64,000 bases of DNA from positions 468,981 to 532,980 of the forward strand of contig JABWAT010000001.1 of NCBI GenBank assembly GCA_013360915.1, written 5' to 3'. The stretch's first letter is position 1. Every line of letters begins with the position of its first letter. A model generated the notes under the pieces. The model did no database searches. It was given only the letters and a program-made list of their open reading frames with translations, and was not told the DNA's origin. The DNA is from Bacteroidota bacterium (GTDB lineage Bacteria; Bacteroidota; JABWAT01). The position numbers and the translations under genes are program-made. Shown one piece after another: positions 10,690 to 20,600 of this stretch.

Positions 10690-10697
10690 GCCCCTGC

Positions 10698-10741
10698 AAA
10701 AAAAAAAGGGCCATCCGACAGAATGGCCCTTTTCATTTTTT
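10698..10741. terminator. Bidirectional intrinsic terminator between convergent genes
   Basis: A-run, AAAAGGGCCAT...ATGGCCCTTTT hairpin, then T-run, between the stops at 10689 (+) and 10754 (-). Confidence 0.8.
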
Positions 10742-10753
10742 ATCAGGCAGACC

Positions 10754-13700
10754 TTATTTACAAACCACTGTCATGAGTGTCTCTGCAGGTTTCCCACCGA
10801 AAATATCTGCATCGGTTACCCTGAGAGTAAAGACATTTTCACCCTGTCTGACCGTGGCTGAAGCCCGTTTTCCATAGGCAACGGTCTGACCGTTCAGGAT
10901 CCATTCGTAAATAACATTCTTATCTTCCGGGCGGTTGATTTCAGGTGCAACCAATTCGACAACCGGGTTGGCCGGATTCCAATCGAGATCCTTGCGTGAG
11001 CCAGCCAGTGATTTAAAGGCGAGTTGCGGCCAAACTTTTGTTTGCTTATCCACCTGTTTCAGGATTTCCTTACGTGGCTGCCAAACAATCCGGACGGTGC
11101 GGTCCCCCAATGTATCGGCCACCCAGGTAGACTGTGATTTTCCGCGGACATGGAATCCGGTAAACTTTGGTAATCCCATTGACTCGGCGGATACAATGGT
11201 TCCCTGACTGATCTCGGCAGGGAAAGCCGGATTGATGTCCGGTGCCGGGCTCACGGTAAGCACCTGCTGAATACTATCCACCGAGTTGGTTTGTCCTTTA
11301 CCATCATTCTGGATGAGCGTGATGGTGTAGTTTCCACGTTCCAGATTAATGGTAGGAGAAGGAACCACTTTTCCGTTCAGTTTCCAGGTGGTGGTCAGGT
11401 TATCCTTATCACGATCAATCACTTCAACCGAACGCAGAGTAACCGATTCTTTTTCGTAAACCGGTAAATCGATGGCAAGTTTGGGAACAGGGGCTGCATT
11501 CACCAATAACCTCTGTTTAACAGAGGCCGCATTATTTTTGGTGGGCGAATTATCAAACACCCGAAGTTCCAGATCATAGACACCGAATTTCGGAGATGGA
11601 ACCACCACATAAGGATCAGTTCCGACAAGACGGTTATTAATCCGCCATTCGTACAAGGTGATAATTCCATCCGGATCTACTGACGGACGTCCATCCAGAA
11701 CAATCGGATCACCCTCGGCAACGATTTCAGGAACCACCCATTGAGGAACAGGGGTGGCATTGACCGTCAATTCTTTTACCGTCCGGTCATCGCTGTTCAC
11801 TTTATCGAGATTGCTGATGGTCAGAATAACTTTATACTTTCCGGTATCCTTGAACACATGGCGCACAGACGGACCTGTGTACAGAACCGAATCTTTGGCT
11901 CCAGGTCCTTTAATGACCCAGCTGAATCCACGGATCGTAACAGGAGATAAAGAACCACCTCCGTCAAACGTGATAGTTTCATTCGGTGAGGCCCATTCTG
12001 GACCTCTGATCACGGCAACAGGTCCGTTCAGAACTTTAACCGTTCCCTGAATGGTACTGACAGGCTGATCGGGTCCGGGGTCACCACCTTTAATGGTGAG
12101 GGTAACGGTGTAAGAACCGGCCTTCATGTATTTGTAGGCGACAGTGGGACCATAGGCCTTATCCCCGTTCCCAAAGTCCCACTCATAGTAGGTGATCCGT
12201 CCGTTCTGATACTCGCTTTTTGCCGAGCTGAACATGAATTCCTTACCGAGAAATGCACTGGTATCTCTGAATCCCATGCTGGCAACCGGGTAGCTTTCCA
12301 CTACCACCGCTACAGTGGTGATAACGGGTTTCGCAGAGAAACCATCTTCCAGACTTACATAAACCGGATAGAATCCCGGACGCTGCCATGTAAAGGCGGC
12401 TTTATTATCCTTTGATTTGAAAGGTTTCCGGTCGCCAAAGTCCCAGGTGATTGAAACCGGGTCTCCATCAGGGTCATAGGACAGGCTGGCATCAAACTCC
12501 ACAGGTTTTCCGGCTTTGACCACCTTCAGGCTATCCATCACGGCAACCGGCGGACGGTTCACAACAACGGTAACTGTGTCTGATACCACGCTGTTTTTCC
12601 GACCCTGACCATCATCCAGCGTTACCAGAATTTTATGAATTCCACCTTCTGGCGCATACCATTGTACAAGGGGTTTTTCCGATTTGCTGCCATCCGGGAA
12701 GGTCCAGGAGTAAATCAATTCCTGACCATCAGGATCTGCAGACCGGGACGCATCCAACTGCACACGACGGGAATTGGATTTAATGCGTTTCTGCGTGACC
12801 AGACGCGGGCTGGTATTCACCAGTACAGTCAGGTTCTGCAAAGTTGTTACCGAATTGGAAAATCCTTCACCATCATCGACACGAAGGGTAAATTTCTGAA
12901 GTCCCGGTTTGGTAAACAGTTTGGTTACGGTGTCTCCATTCATCACCGTTCCATCGGTGAAGGCCCAGGTAAAATTCTTAATCTTTCCATCCGGATCCTT
13001 TGAACCGCGGGCATCGAGAAGCACTGGTGTCTCGGGATCTGTTACCAGAGGCACCGATGCAAACGAAGCCACAGGAGCCTGGTTAACGAAAATCCGCTTT
13101 GAGGCCACATGAACGGCGTCGTCAAAACCAGAATCATCCTTCACCTTCAGTGACAGGACATGGGCTCCTGGTGATTTTACATTGATCTGAGCACGAACCT
13201 GGTTTGAGAATGGAACGCCATTCAGGAACCATTCATACGAAATAATTTTGCCGTCTGCGTCCTTGGATTGATCGGCACTGACAACAAGTGGTTTGGATGG
13301 ATCCTGACGGTCAGGCGCTGTGATCACAGCAACCGGGTATTGGTTAATCACGATGGTATGAGAGGTGGACTGAACCGAGTTGGCCAGTTTCATTCCATCA
13401 TCGACTGTCAGGCTGACTGTGTAAGTTCCCGGTTTCTGGAAGGTGTGGTAAACTTTGTTTCCAATGTCTCCGCTTCCATCGCCGAAATCCCAGGTATATT
13501 TAACAATACCCTGATCCTTATCGAGGCTGGAATCGGCGCTGAACAGTTGATATCCCTTAAAATCACGCGTTTTGGCTGCAATTTTGGGTACAGGAGGGAA
13601 GTTGACCGAAATGGTCCTTTTCAATTCCTGAACTGAATTTTTTGTTCCCTCGGTATCATCCACTTTCAGGTTGATGGTATACTTTCCGGGATTGGAGAAG

Positions 13701-15511
13701 GTCAGCGTGGAAGTAACTCCATTCAGAGTTCTTCCATCGGAAATTTCCCAGGTGTACTTCAGGTTTTTATTATCCGGATCGGTTGTCCGCTCGGCATTGA
13801 GAACCACACGCTGATCGGTGGCCACGATTTCAGGAACGTCGAAGGACGGAACCGGTGCAGCATTGACTTTATACTTAAAGGAAGTTTTATAAGTCGAGTT
13901 TGAAGCTCCGATCGGGTCATTAATCGTCAGGGTGACTTCATAGTTTCCGAAAGCAGTATGACGGATGGAAACTTTATCTTCGATTGCACTGCTGACAATT
14001 CCCGGACCTACCCAACGGTACGCAAGTGGTTGCTGATCCTGGTCATCGGTGTTTTTGGCCTTAAACGTGACCTCTTCTCCCTGAGCAATTTTTTCCATTC
14101 CATCAATTTCAGTGTAGGGCTGTGAGTTCACAATAATCCGTTTGGCGGCTGTATCTGAGGCACAGGAGGAATTGGTGGATTGGTTGCTGACCACCAGTTT
14201 GACGATGTAGGTACCGGGAATGATACTGGAAAAATCGAAAGAGATGTCTTGCTTACGAAGCTGGTCATTGACATACCAGAAATATTTCAGACCGGCTTCC
14301 TTTCCTTTCGGGGGCTGAAGGGCCGCGAATTTGAGCACTTCGGAAGGAGCCATGCTTTCACGATCAGAGATAATTACTGCGTTCGGTTTTTCACGGATCG
14401 TCACTGTTGTCTCATAGGTCCAGTACTGAGGAACATATACTTTCTGGGTCGGATAAATCACATTGACCTTATAGGTTCCCGGACCGCCAAAATTGATGGT
14501 GGCTGATGCGCCTTCCACAAATTCATTCTCGCCGTAAATAAAAGCTGCTCGTGCTTTCAGCGCATTCTGATCGGGAGGAACCTCGAGGCTGAATGCCGTT
14601 GAAAAGCAATCCTCAACGGTTTGCTGAACCACATTAATACTGGGTTTGGTCAGAATGGAGGTTGAAATAAAATTCATATTCCAGAGAATACTTTTATCCC
14701 GACCGTAAATTCCCAGGGTGTTGCTCACATTGCTCGATCCGGTAATGGTCAGTCCCCACTGGTTCTGAATTCCGAAGGCATTCACATTCCAGGCCACTTT
14801 ATCAGAACCAACCCGGAATGCATTACCGAAGTAATCCTTTACGAACACCCGGGAGTCATCTGCGCCCAGAATCTCCATAACCGGCGGCTCAAATTCGGAG
14901 TCAAAAGCAGGGATGAACTGAATCTCATCACGCGGATTCAGATTGAAAATGGTCAGTGATAAATCATTTGCCAGCAGCGTCCAGTTTGCAGAGGCATTGA
15001 AATTACCCTCGCGATCGGTTACCAACACCTTGAAGTTATTGATATCATCTCCATCGTTGGCATATACCCGTAGAATGTAGCCATTGGCATTGGCCGATAC
15101 CTGTTTAAAAGTCACCCAGCGGTTGGCAAACTTACTCTCGGTCCCTGCCACCAATTGTTCAATTGGTTGCTGATTAGAAGGCTTTGGAACCAGGTCAGAC
15201 CCGTTGAGGTCATACAGGGTTTCAAAATTGTAAAGTGAATAAGTGAAATTGGTATTGGCATCACCCGATACCTCATCGGTCACCCCGGCAATACCAGCGT
15301 CGAAAATCTGAATGACTGCATTGCCAGCGCCCTGTCCTGGACGGATCCAATAGTCATAAAGGTGATGTTTGTCTCCGTTGGCTGGCTTAACCTTCGAACC
15401 TGAAACAGAAAGGAACACATCGGACTGAGCAGAAGCCACAGCCGGCAGGAAAAGAATTCCGGTAAGTAAACCCATCCAGAAGCGGTTTTTTGACGATAAC
15501 AGGTTATTCAT
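10754..15511 (-). CDS. Large secreted PKD-repeat (Ig-like) protein
   Basis: Signal peptide (...PAVASA-Q) and many repeats of the form S-x-D-P-D-G...Y-x-W-D-F-G-D-G...PG-x-Y-x-V-x-L-x-V-x-D. Alternative ATG at 15526. Confidence 0.85.
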   Translation of the reverse strand: MNNLLSSKNRFWMGLLTGILFLPAVASAQSDVFLSVSGSKVKPANGDKHHLYDYWIRPGQGAGNAVIQIFDAGIAGVTDEVSGDANTNFTYSLYNFETLYDLNGSDLVPKPSNQQPIEQLVAGTESKFANRWVTFKQVSANANGYILRVYANDGDDINNFKVLVTDREGNFNASANWTLLANDLSLTIFNLNPRDEIQFIPAFDSEFEPPVMEILGADDSRVFVKDYFGNAFRVGSDKVAWNVNAFGIQNQWGLTITGSSNVSNTLGIYGRDKSILWNMNFISTSILTKPSINVVQQTVEDCFSTAFSLEVPPDQNALKARAAFIYGENEFVEGASATINFGGPGTYKVNVIYPTQKVYVPQYWTYETTVTIREKPNAVIISDRESMAPSEVLKFAALQPPKGKEAGLKYFWYVNDQLRKQDISFDFSSIIPGTYIVKLVVSNQSTNSSCASDTAAKRIIVNSQPYTEIDGMEKIAQGEEVTFKAKNTDDQDQQPLAYRWVGPGIVSSAIEDKVSIRHTAFGNYEVTLTINDPIGASNSTYKTSFKYKVNAAPVPSFDVPEIVATDQRVVLNAERTTDPDNKNLKYTWEISDGRTLNGVTSTLTFSNPGKYTINLKVDDTEGTKNSVQELKRTISVNFPPVPKIAAKTRDFKGYQLFSADSSLDKDQGIVKYTWDFGDGSGDIGNKVYHTFQKPGTYTVSLTVDDGMKLANSVQSTSHTIVINQYPVAVITAPDRQDPSKPLVVSADQSKDADGKIISYEWFLNGVPFSNQVRAQINVKSPGAHVLSLKVKDDSGFDDAVHVASKRIFVNQAPVASFASVPLVTDPETPVLLDARGSKDPDGKIKNFTWAFTDGTVMNGDTVTKLFTKPGLQKFTLRVDDGEGFSNSVTTLQNLTVLVNTSPRLVTQKRIKSNSRRVQLDASRSADPDGQELIYSWTFPDGSKSEKPLVQWYAPEGGIHKILVTLDDGQGRKNSVVSDTVTVVVNRPPVAVMDSLKVVKAGKPVEFDASLSYDPDGDPVSITWDFGDRKPFKSKDNKAAFTWQRPGFYPVYVSLEDGFSAKPVITTVAVVVESYPVASMGFRDTSAFLGKEFMFSSAKSEYQNGRITYYEWDFGNGDKAYGPTVAYKYMKAGSYTVTLTIKGGDPGPDQPVSTIQGTVKVLNGPVAVIRGPEWASPNETITFDGGGSLSPVTIRGFSWVIKGPGAKDSVLYTGPSVRHVFKDTGKYKVILTISNLDKVNSDDRTVKELTVNATPVPQWVVPEIVAEGDPIVLDGRPSVDPDGIITLYEWRINNRLVGTDPYVVVPSPKFGVYDLELRVFDNSPTKNNAASVKQRLLVNAAPVPKLAIDLPVYEKESVTLRSVEVIDRDKDNLTTTWKLNGKVVPSPTINLERGNYTITLIQNDGKGQTNSVDSIQQVLTVSPAPDINPAFPAEISQGTIVSAESMGLPKFTGFHVRGKSQSTWVADTLGDRTVRIVWQPRKEILKQVDKQTKVWPQLAFKSLAGSRKDLDWNPANPVVELVAPEINRPEDKNVIYEWILNGQTVAYGKRASATVRQGENVFTLRVTDADIFGGKPAETLMTVVCK

Positions 15512-15741
15512 AGGACCTTCAGGCATTAAGTGACAACAATGAATCTATTGTAAAATCGGGTGAGAGCGGTTTAACGCCGGTTCATCACAGACATTTTTTG
15601 ACAATCAAGGCAAATAAACAAAAAATCGCCGTTGTTTTCAAAGCAAATCACCCAATTGGCCCATCAAAAAGACAAAAAAATCAATTAATTATTGATTAGC
15701 CCTCCGGGGCCCGGAGTTGGACGGACCTGAGGGATGAGCAC

Positions 15742-16641
15742 TCAGATGAATAAAAGGGCAATTCCGGCTACTGAAATGGCTGCACCGATCATTTCCCTTC
15801 CGTTGACTTTTTCTTTCAGGAGGAACACCGAAGGTATAATAATCAGTACCGGGACCGCCGACATGATCGTGGCTGCCACGCCGGCATGGGTGGTCTGAAC
15901 CGCAAGTAAGGACAGGGATACTCCGATAAACGGACCAAAGAAGGCGCCTGTGGCCATGGCACCCATTGCCGGGGCCTGTCTGATGGCAGCACCCACCGAA
16001 TTCCACCTTTTCAAAACCGTCACAATCAGGGTAAATCCTGCAATACCGGTGATGATTCTGATCTGAGTGGATGCAAACGGATCATAAGTTCCCATTCCGA
16101 TTTTACTCAGAATCAGTCCGGCAGCCTGGCCAACGGCCCCACCGAAGGCCAGCAAAATTCCCTTAACGGAATAATGAAAATCCAGTTTTCCGCCTTCTGT
16201 ACCCGGACGTTTCAGCACCACAATGGCGATACCTGAAAGAGTCAGGGCCATACCGGTCAGTTGGATGAAAGTCAGTGTCTCTCCCAGAAACATCCAACCT
16301 GCCAGAGCCGTCATGGGAGGGACCAGGGTCATGATGAGCATGGCAATTCTGGCAGTCACCTCCAGATAGGATCTGAACAGGAACAAATCGCCCAGTACAA
16401 ATCCGACCAATCCTGAAAGAGAAAGCCAGAGCCAGGCATGGGGAGTGGCATCGACCGGAAAGAACAATCCGCGGCTGGCCCAGGTAAACAGACTGATAAA
16501 AATCATCGCCATGATCAGACGAATCCAGTTGACTGCCAGCGAGCCAACGGCACGACTCGCTCTTTCAAATGCAAGGGCAGTTACCGTCCAGCATACGGTC
16601 GTTCCCAGTGCAGCCCATTCACCTGTATTTGATACTATCAT
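15742..16641 (-). CDS. DMT/EamA family transporter
   Basis: Two tandem EamA-like halves with about 10 TM segments (FLGETL...G and LLKEKV...GA). Confidence 0.88.
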   Translation of the reverse strand: MIVSNTGEWAALGTTVCWTVTALAFERASRAVGSLAVNWIRLIMAMIFISLFTWASRGLFFPVDATPHAWLWLSLSGLVGFVLGDLFLFRSYLEVTARIAMLIMTLVPPMTALAGWMFLGETLTFIQLTGMALTLSGIAIVVLKRPGTEGGKLDFHYSVKGILLAFGGAVGQAAGLILSKIGMGTYDPFASTQIRIITGIAGFTLIVTVLKRWNSVGAAIRQAPAMGAMATGAFFGPFIGVSLSLLAVQTTHAGVAATIMSAVPVLIIIPSVFLLKEKVNGREMIGAAISVAGIALLFI

Positions 16642-16668
16642 GACTTTCCTGTCGGGTTAATTGATGAG

Positions 16669-17448
16669 TCAGTGCACAAGACGAATGCTGTCGATTCTGA
16701 CATCGGCCAGCGGCCAATCGGCCGGATCCACCGGAACGGATGCAATCCGGTTAATCACATCGAGACCTTTGGTTACCTGGCCAAACACGGTATGCTCACC
16801 ATCCAGGTGGGCGGCCCCGCCGGTGGTTTCATAAAAAGTGCGTTCTTCAGGTAAAAAAACCCGCTTGTTATCCTTTTCAATTTTATCCAGATCCCACCGG
16901 GTGACCGTCTTGCCATGCACCAGATAAAAATCGTAGGGAGATGAACGCTTTTCCGGATTGTTATCGTAGTCCCTTGTGGCAGCCAGGGCTCCGGGCCGGT
17001 GAATCAGACCGGGGCGGAATTCGGAAGGCAGCGTATAAACCCCGTATTTCTTTTTAAGGTCTTTTCTGGCAGGATCATCACTATCTCCTCCCTGAAGCAC
17101 AAACCCGCGGATGACCCGGTAAAAGACAGTCCGGTCGTAAAAACCGAGATCAATCAACCGGATAAAATTGGCCCGGTGAACCGGTGTGTTCTCATACAAC
17201 CGGATTCTGATTTCACCCATGCTTGTATAAAGAATGAGGTCATTGCCCGGATGTTTTTTTCCATAATCGAGCAGATAACTGACCGCATTTCGGTCATCCA
17301 GATACCGGAAATGGGGCTGGGTTTGAGTTGAACCGGAAATACTATCCGGAAGGACTTCCTTTGCCGAAGGGGTTCCTGGCTGGTCAGGACCGCAGGCAGT
17401 AAAAACGACCATCCAGCCTGCAAGAATCACAAAGGAGACTGATTTCAC
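16669..17448 (-). CDS. Cyclophilin-type peptidyl-prolyl isomerase, probable lipoprotein
   Basis: FTAC lipobox; FYRVIRGFVLQGGD and HLDGEHTVFGQV cyclophilin motifs. GTG start overlaps the ccoS stop. Confidence 0.9.
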   Translation of the reverse strand: MKSVSFVILAGWMVVFTACGPDQPGTPSAKEVLPDSISGSTQTQPHFRYLDDRNAVSYLLDYGKKHPGNDLILYTSMGEIRIRLYENTPVHRANFIRLIDLGFYDRTVFYRVIRGFVLQGGDSDDPARKDLKKKYGVYTLPSEFRPGLIHRPGALAATRDYDNNPEKRSSPYDFYLVHGKTVTRWDLDKIEKDNKRVFLPEERTFYETTGGAAHLDGEHTVFGQVTKGLDVINRIASVPVDPADWPLADVRIDSIRLVH

Positions 17449-17642
17449 TTTTTTTCAGTTTGTGAATGAGTCGTGTCTTGATCGGGAGGTGGTGCCTGCT
17501 GGTCATCATCCTCATCAAAAACCTGATATTTGGTATCCTCAGTGTCTTCGAACTGACCAGTCCGGGCTGCCCAGATATACAATCCAAATCCTGCCAGGGC
17601 AATCAGAAGCGACATGATGATGAGGGCGTACTGTGAAGTCAT
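17445..17642 (-). CDS. ccoS: cbb3-type cytochrome oxidase maturation protein CcoS
   Basis: Single TM helix followed by WAARTGQFED; follows ccoI. Confidence 0.9.
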   Translation of the reverse strand: MTSQYALIIMSLLIALAGFGLYIWAARTGQFEDTEDTKYQVFDEDDDQQAPPPDQDTTHSQTEKK

Positions 17643-17665
17643 AATTCTAAAATCGGCATCTGTCT

Positions 17666-20122
17666 TCAGGATTTCCAGCGAAGGCTGACAGAGTTTACAA
17701 CCACCGATACCGAGCTGGCTGACATGGCCGCGGCCGCATAGATCGGAATCAGAACCCCTGTCATGGCAAGGGGGATCATCACCACGTTATAAACAAGCGC
17801 CCAGAAGAGGTTTTGCCTGATTTTCCGCTGGGTGCGTGCAGCCAGGAAAAGCACACGACCAATGGAATGAAGGTGGTTGTTCAGAAGAACCACCCCCGAG
17901 TTGTCGAGGGTGATCCGGTTTCCCTCGCCCATGGCAATTCCCACATCGGCCAATCCCAGCGCGGGAGCATCATTAACTCCGTCGCCGATCATGAGGATGC
18001 GGCTTCCATTCCGGCTGAATTCCCTGATCTTTTCGAGTTTATCATCAGGCGACTGTTCATACAGACAGTCCGCCCGGTCAAGTCCGAGTGAATGGGCCAG
18101 GCCCAGCACATTTTCCTTCCGGTCACCCGAAAGGACAGTGATCCTGTATCCATTTTTCTTCAGATGTCGAATGGCATCTGCTGCCTCGGGGCGAATGGAA
18201 TCTTCCACCAAAAAAACAAACTGAAGGGTTCCGTTGATGGAAACAAAGACCGGTACACTTCCGGGAGCTCCGGTAAATTGATCCAATCCGTAATCCTGAG
18301 GGAACAAAACGGATTGTTCTTTCATCCAGCTCATGTTTCCAGCAGCAACCCACAGGCCTTCCACCTGAAACCGGATTCCACGGCCCGGGACACTTTCAGG
18401 ATTGGAGTAATCACCATACCGGCCAAACTGCTCGAGCCCCCAGGAACTGATTGCTTTTGCAACCGGGTGAAAAATTTCCGTTTCGGCATGAGCCAATGAG
18501 GACAGGACCGGATCGGTGATGGGTCTTTCACCCACCCTCCTGACTTCAGCCACACGCATCACCCCGGTTGTTAATGTGCCAGTTTTATCGAAAACGATAT
18601 GATCGACCTTAACCAGATTTTCAAGAACATCTCCCGATTTGATGAGAAGTCCTTTACCCAGGGCAACTCCATTACCCACCAGGATGGCCATGGGAGTGGC
18701 GATGGCCAGTGCACAGGGACAGGCAATCACCAGCACTGCCACAGCCGTCAGAAAAGGAGAAATTCCCGTCCCGGCCAGATGGTGATAGAAGCCAGTCAAA
18801 GCTGCAAGAGCCAGAATTATGTAAATAAACACTGCCGACACCCGGTCCACCAACCGGCTCAGGGGGGATTTGGTGAGTTGTGATTCCTCAATCAGTTCCA
18901 TCACGCGACTCAGAACGGTTCCCTCTCCGGTTCCGGTTACCCGGATGGTAACCGTCGAAACCAGGTTCCTGCTTCCCGAAATCACCGCATCGCCCTTCAT
19001 TTTTTCGACAGGAACCGACTCTCCGGTCAGCAGTGACTCATCGAAGGCAGACACCCCGGTCATCAGAATGCCATCCACTGGAATGCGGTCTCCGGGATAG
19101 AATTCAAGCTCATCCCCAAGACTTACCTGGTCCATGGCAACCGTTTCCCGCCCGGAACCGGAAACACGGGTGACCGATTCCACCCTGAATTCATCATACT
19201 TATCCGATTCCCGCAGCACCATCCGTTTAACTTTAATCTCTACATACCTTCCAAGCAGGATAAAAAAGATAAGCATGTTGGCTGTATCGTAATAGGTTTC
19301 CCCTTCCCCGGTGATGGTATGAACCGTACTCAGGAAAAACGCTGACAGGGTTCCCAAGGCAATGAGAAAATCCATGCCTGGTTTTCGGGCCTTAATGTTC
19401 TGCCAGGCACCGAGAATAATGGGTTTTCCTGCATAGAATACCCCTGGGATGGTCAGAACCAGGTTAATCCACTGAAGAAATCCCTTCATCACAGGGTCGA
19501 TTCCCTGGAAAAAGCCGGCATATAAACCGATGGATATCAGCATGACATTCATCGAAAGGAAAGCTGAAGCCCCCAACCGTATGGTCAGATCCTTCGACTC
19601 AGCTTCCATGGTTGGTTTTTCGGCGGTCGGGTTAAAAGGATAGGCGTAATATCCGATGCCAGAAATGGTATTCAGAATGGTGGGAATGGTCACCAGCCGG
19701 TTGTCCCAGCGGACACGTGCCCGGTGGGTGGCCGGATTGATCGAAAAATCAAGCACACCGGGTAACCGTCTGACCACTTCTTCACTGGAAAACACACAGG
19801 CCGCACAGTGAATTTTCTCGATTTTAAGATAAACCAGCTTGATGTAACCGTCACCCCGGACAAATTGACGGGTCATTTCATCCAGTTTTTTTTGCTCCTC
19901 AGGGGTCAGTTCAATCGGCGAACGGTCCTCTGGAAGACCAAACTCTTTTCTCTGGAGGTTATAAATATCATCATACCCCAGGTTTTTTAAAGTTTTCCAT
20001 GAAAATTCACATCCGGGGCAGCAAAAATGCCGGTCCACTCCCTGCAGACTAACGGTGGTCAGTTGTCTGGGGGCGGTCAGTTTTGAGCAGTGATCACAGT
20101 AAAAAAGGGAACCTTTCTGCAT
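17666..20122 (-). CDS. ccoI: Heavy-metal (Cu) P1B-type ATPase CcoI/FixI
   Basis: N-terminal CDHC...FCCPGC and HCAAC metal-binding domains; TGES, CPC, DKTGT and GDGVNDAP motifs; cco context. Confidence 0.92.
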   Translation of the reverse strand: MQKGSLFYCDHCSKLTAPRQLTTVSLQGVDRHFCCPGCEFSWKTLKNLGYDDIYNLQRKEFGLPEDRSPIELTPEEQKKLDEMTRQFVRGDGYIKLVYLKIEKIHCAACVFSSEEVVRRLPGVLDFSINPATHRARVRWDNRLVTIPTILNTISGIGYYAYPFNPTAEKPTMEAESKDLTIRLGASAFLSMNVMLISIGLYAGFFQGIDPVMKGFLQWINLVLTIPGVFYAGKPIILGAWQNIKARKPGMDFLIALGTLSAFFLSTVHTITGEGETYYDTANMLIFFILLGRYVEIKVKRMVLRESDKYDEFRVESVTRVSGSGRETVAMDQVSLGDELEFYPGDRIPVDGILMTGVSAFDESLLTGESVPVEKMKGDAVISGSRNLVSTVTIRVTGTGEGTVLSRVMELIEESQLTKSPLSRLVDRVSAVFIYIILALAALTGFYHHLAGTGISPFLTAVAVLVIACPCALAIATPMAILVGNGVALGKGLLIKSGDVLENLVKVDHIVFDKTGTLTTGVMRVAEVRRVGERPITDPVLSSLAHAETEIFHPVAKAISSWGLEQFGRYGDYSNPESVPGRGIRFQVEGLWVAAGNMSWMKEQSVLFPQDYGLDQFTGAPGSVPVFVSINGTLQFVFLVEDSIRPEAADAIRHLKKNGYRITVLSGDRKENVLGLAHSLGLDRADCLYEQSPDDKLEKIREFSRNGSRILMIGDGVNDAPALGLADVGIAMGEGNRITLDNSGVVLLNNHLHSIGRVLFLAARTQRKIRQNLFWALVYNVVMIPLAMTGVLIPIYAAAAMSASSVSVVVNSVSLRWKS

Positions 20123-20123
20123 A

Positions 20124-20600
20124 TCAGCGAATGATCATCCTGAATTCTTTTCGGAAATCGAAGGATCCGGCGGGCACGGTGGTTCGGATGAACCATTCAC
20201 CTTTTTCTGTGAATTGAACAGGAATGACCCAGGTGGAGTCAGTTGAAGGAAGTTGCAGAATTTTCTGGTCAGGTGTGGTCCCGGTGGCCCTGTACAGGAT
20301 AATTCTGGCGGTATCGGTTTCCAGATTCAACATTTTTGATGGATAAAACGAAAGACTCAGGGTTTGGGGACCGGTCGTCAGGGAACTGACTGCCATTTTC
20401 AGATCCAAACCCGATTTTTCCTGAATCTGGCGACGATCCGATTCGGGTTGAAAAAAGTCCTGCTGGGTCTTGTAGTCATCCTTAACCGGCGGAATGAACA
20501 ACTCTTTTCCAACCCACACGATATGGACCAATCCGCCAATGAGAAGAATGAAAAAAAAGACAATGGTGGCGGGCCACCAGTTAATTCCGTTTTTACTCAC
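20124..20600 (-). CDS. ccoH: FixH/CcoH family protein
   Basis: WP-x-x-I-V N-terminal TM, PVKDDY and GEW motifs; lies between ccoG and ccoI. Confidence 0.75.
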   Translation of the reverse strand: MSKNGINWWPATIVFFFILLIGGLVHIVWVGKELFIPPVKDDYKTQQDFFQPESDRRQIQEKSGLDLKMAVSSLTTGPQTLSLSFYPSKMLNLETDTARIILYRATGTTPDQKILQLPSTDSTWVIPVQFTEKGEWFIRTTVPAGSFDFRKEFRMIIR

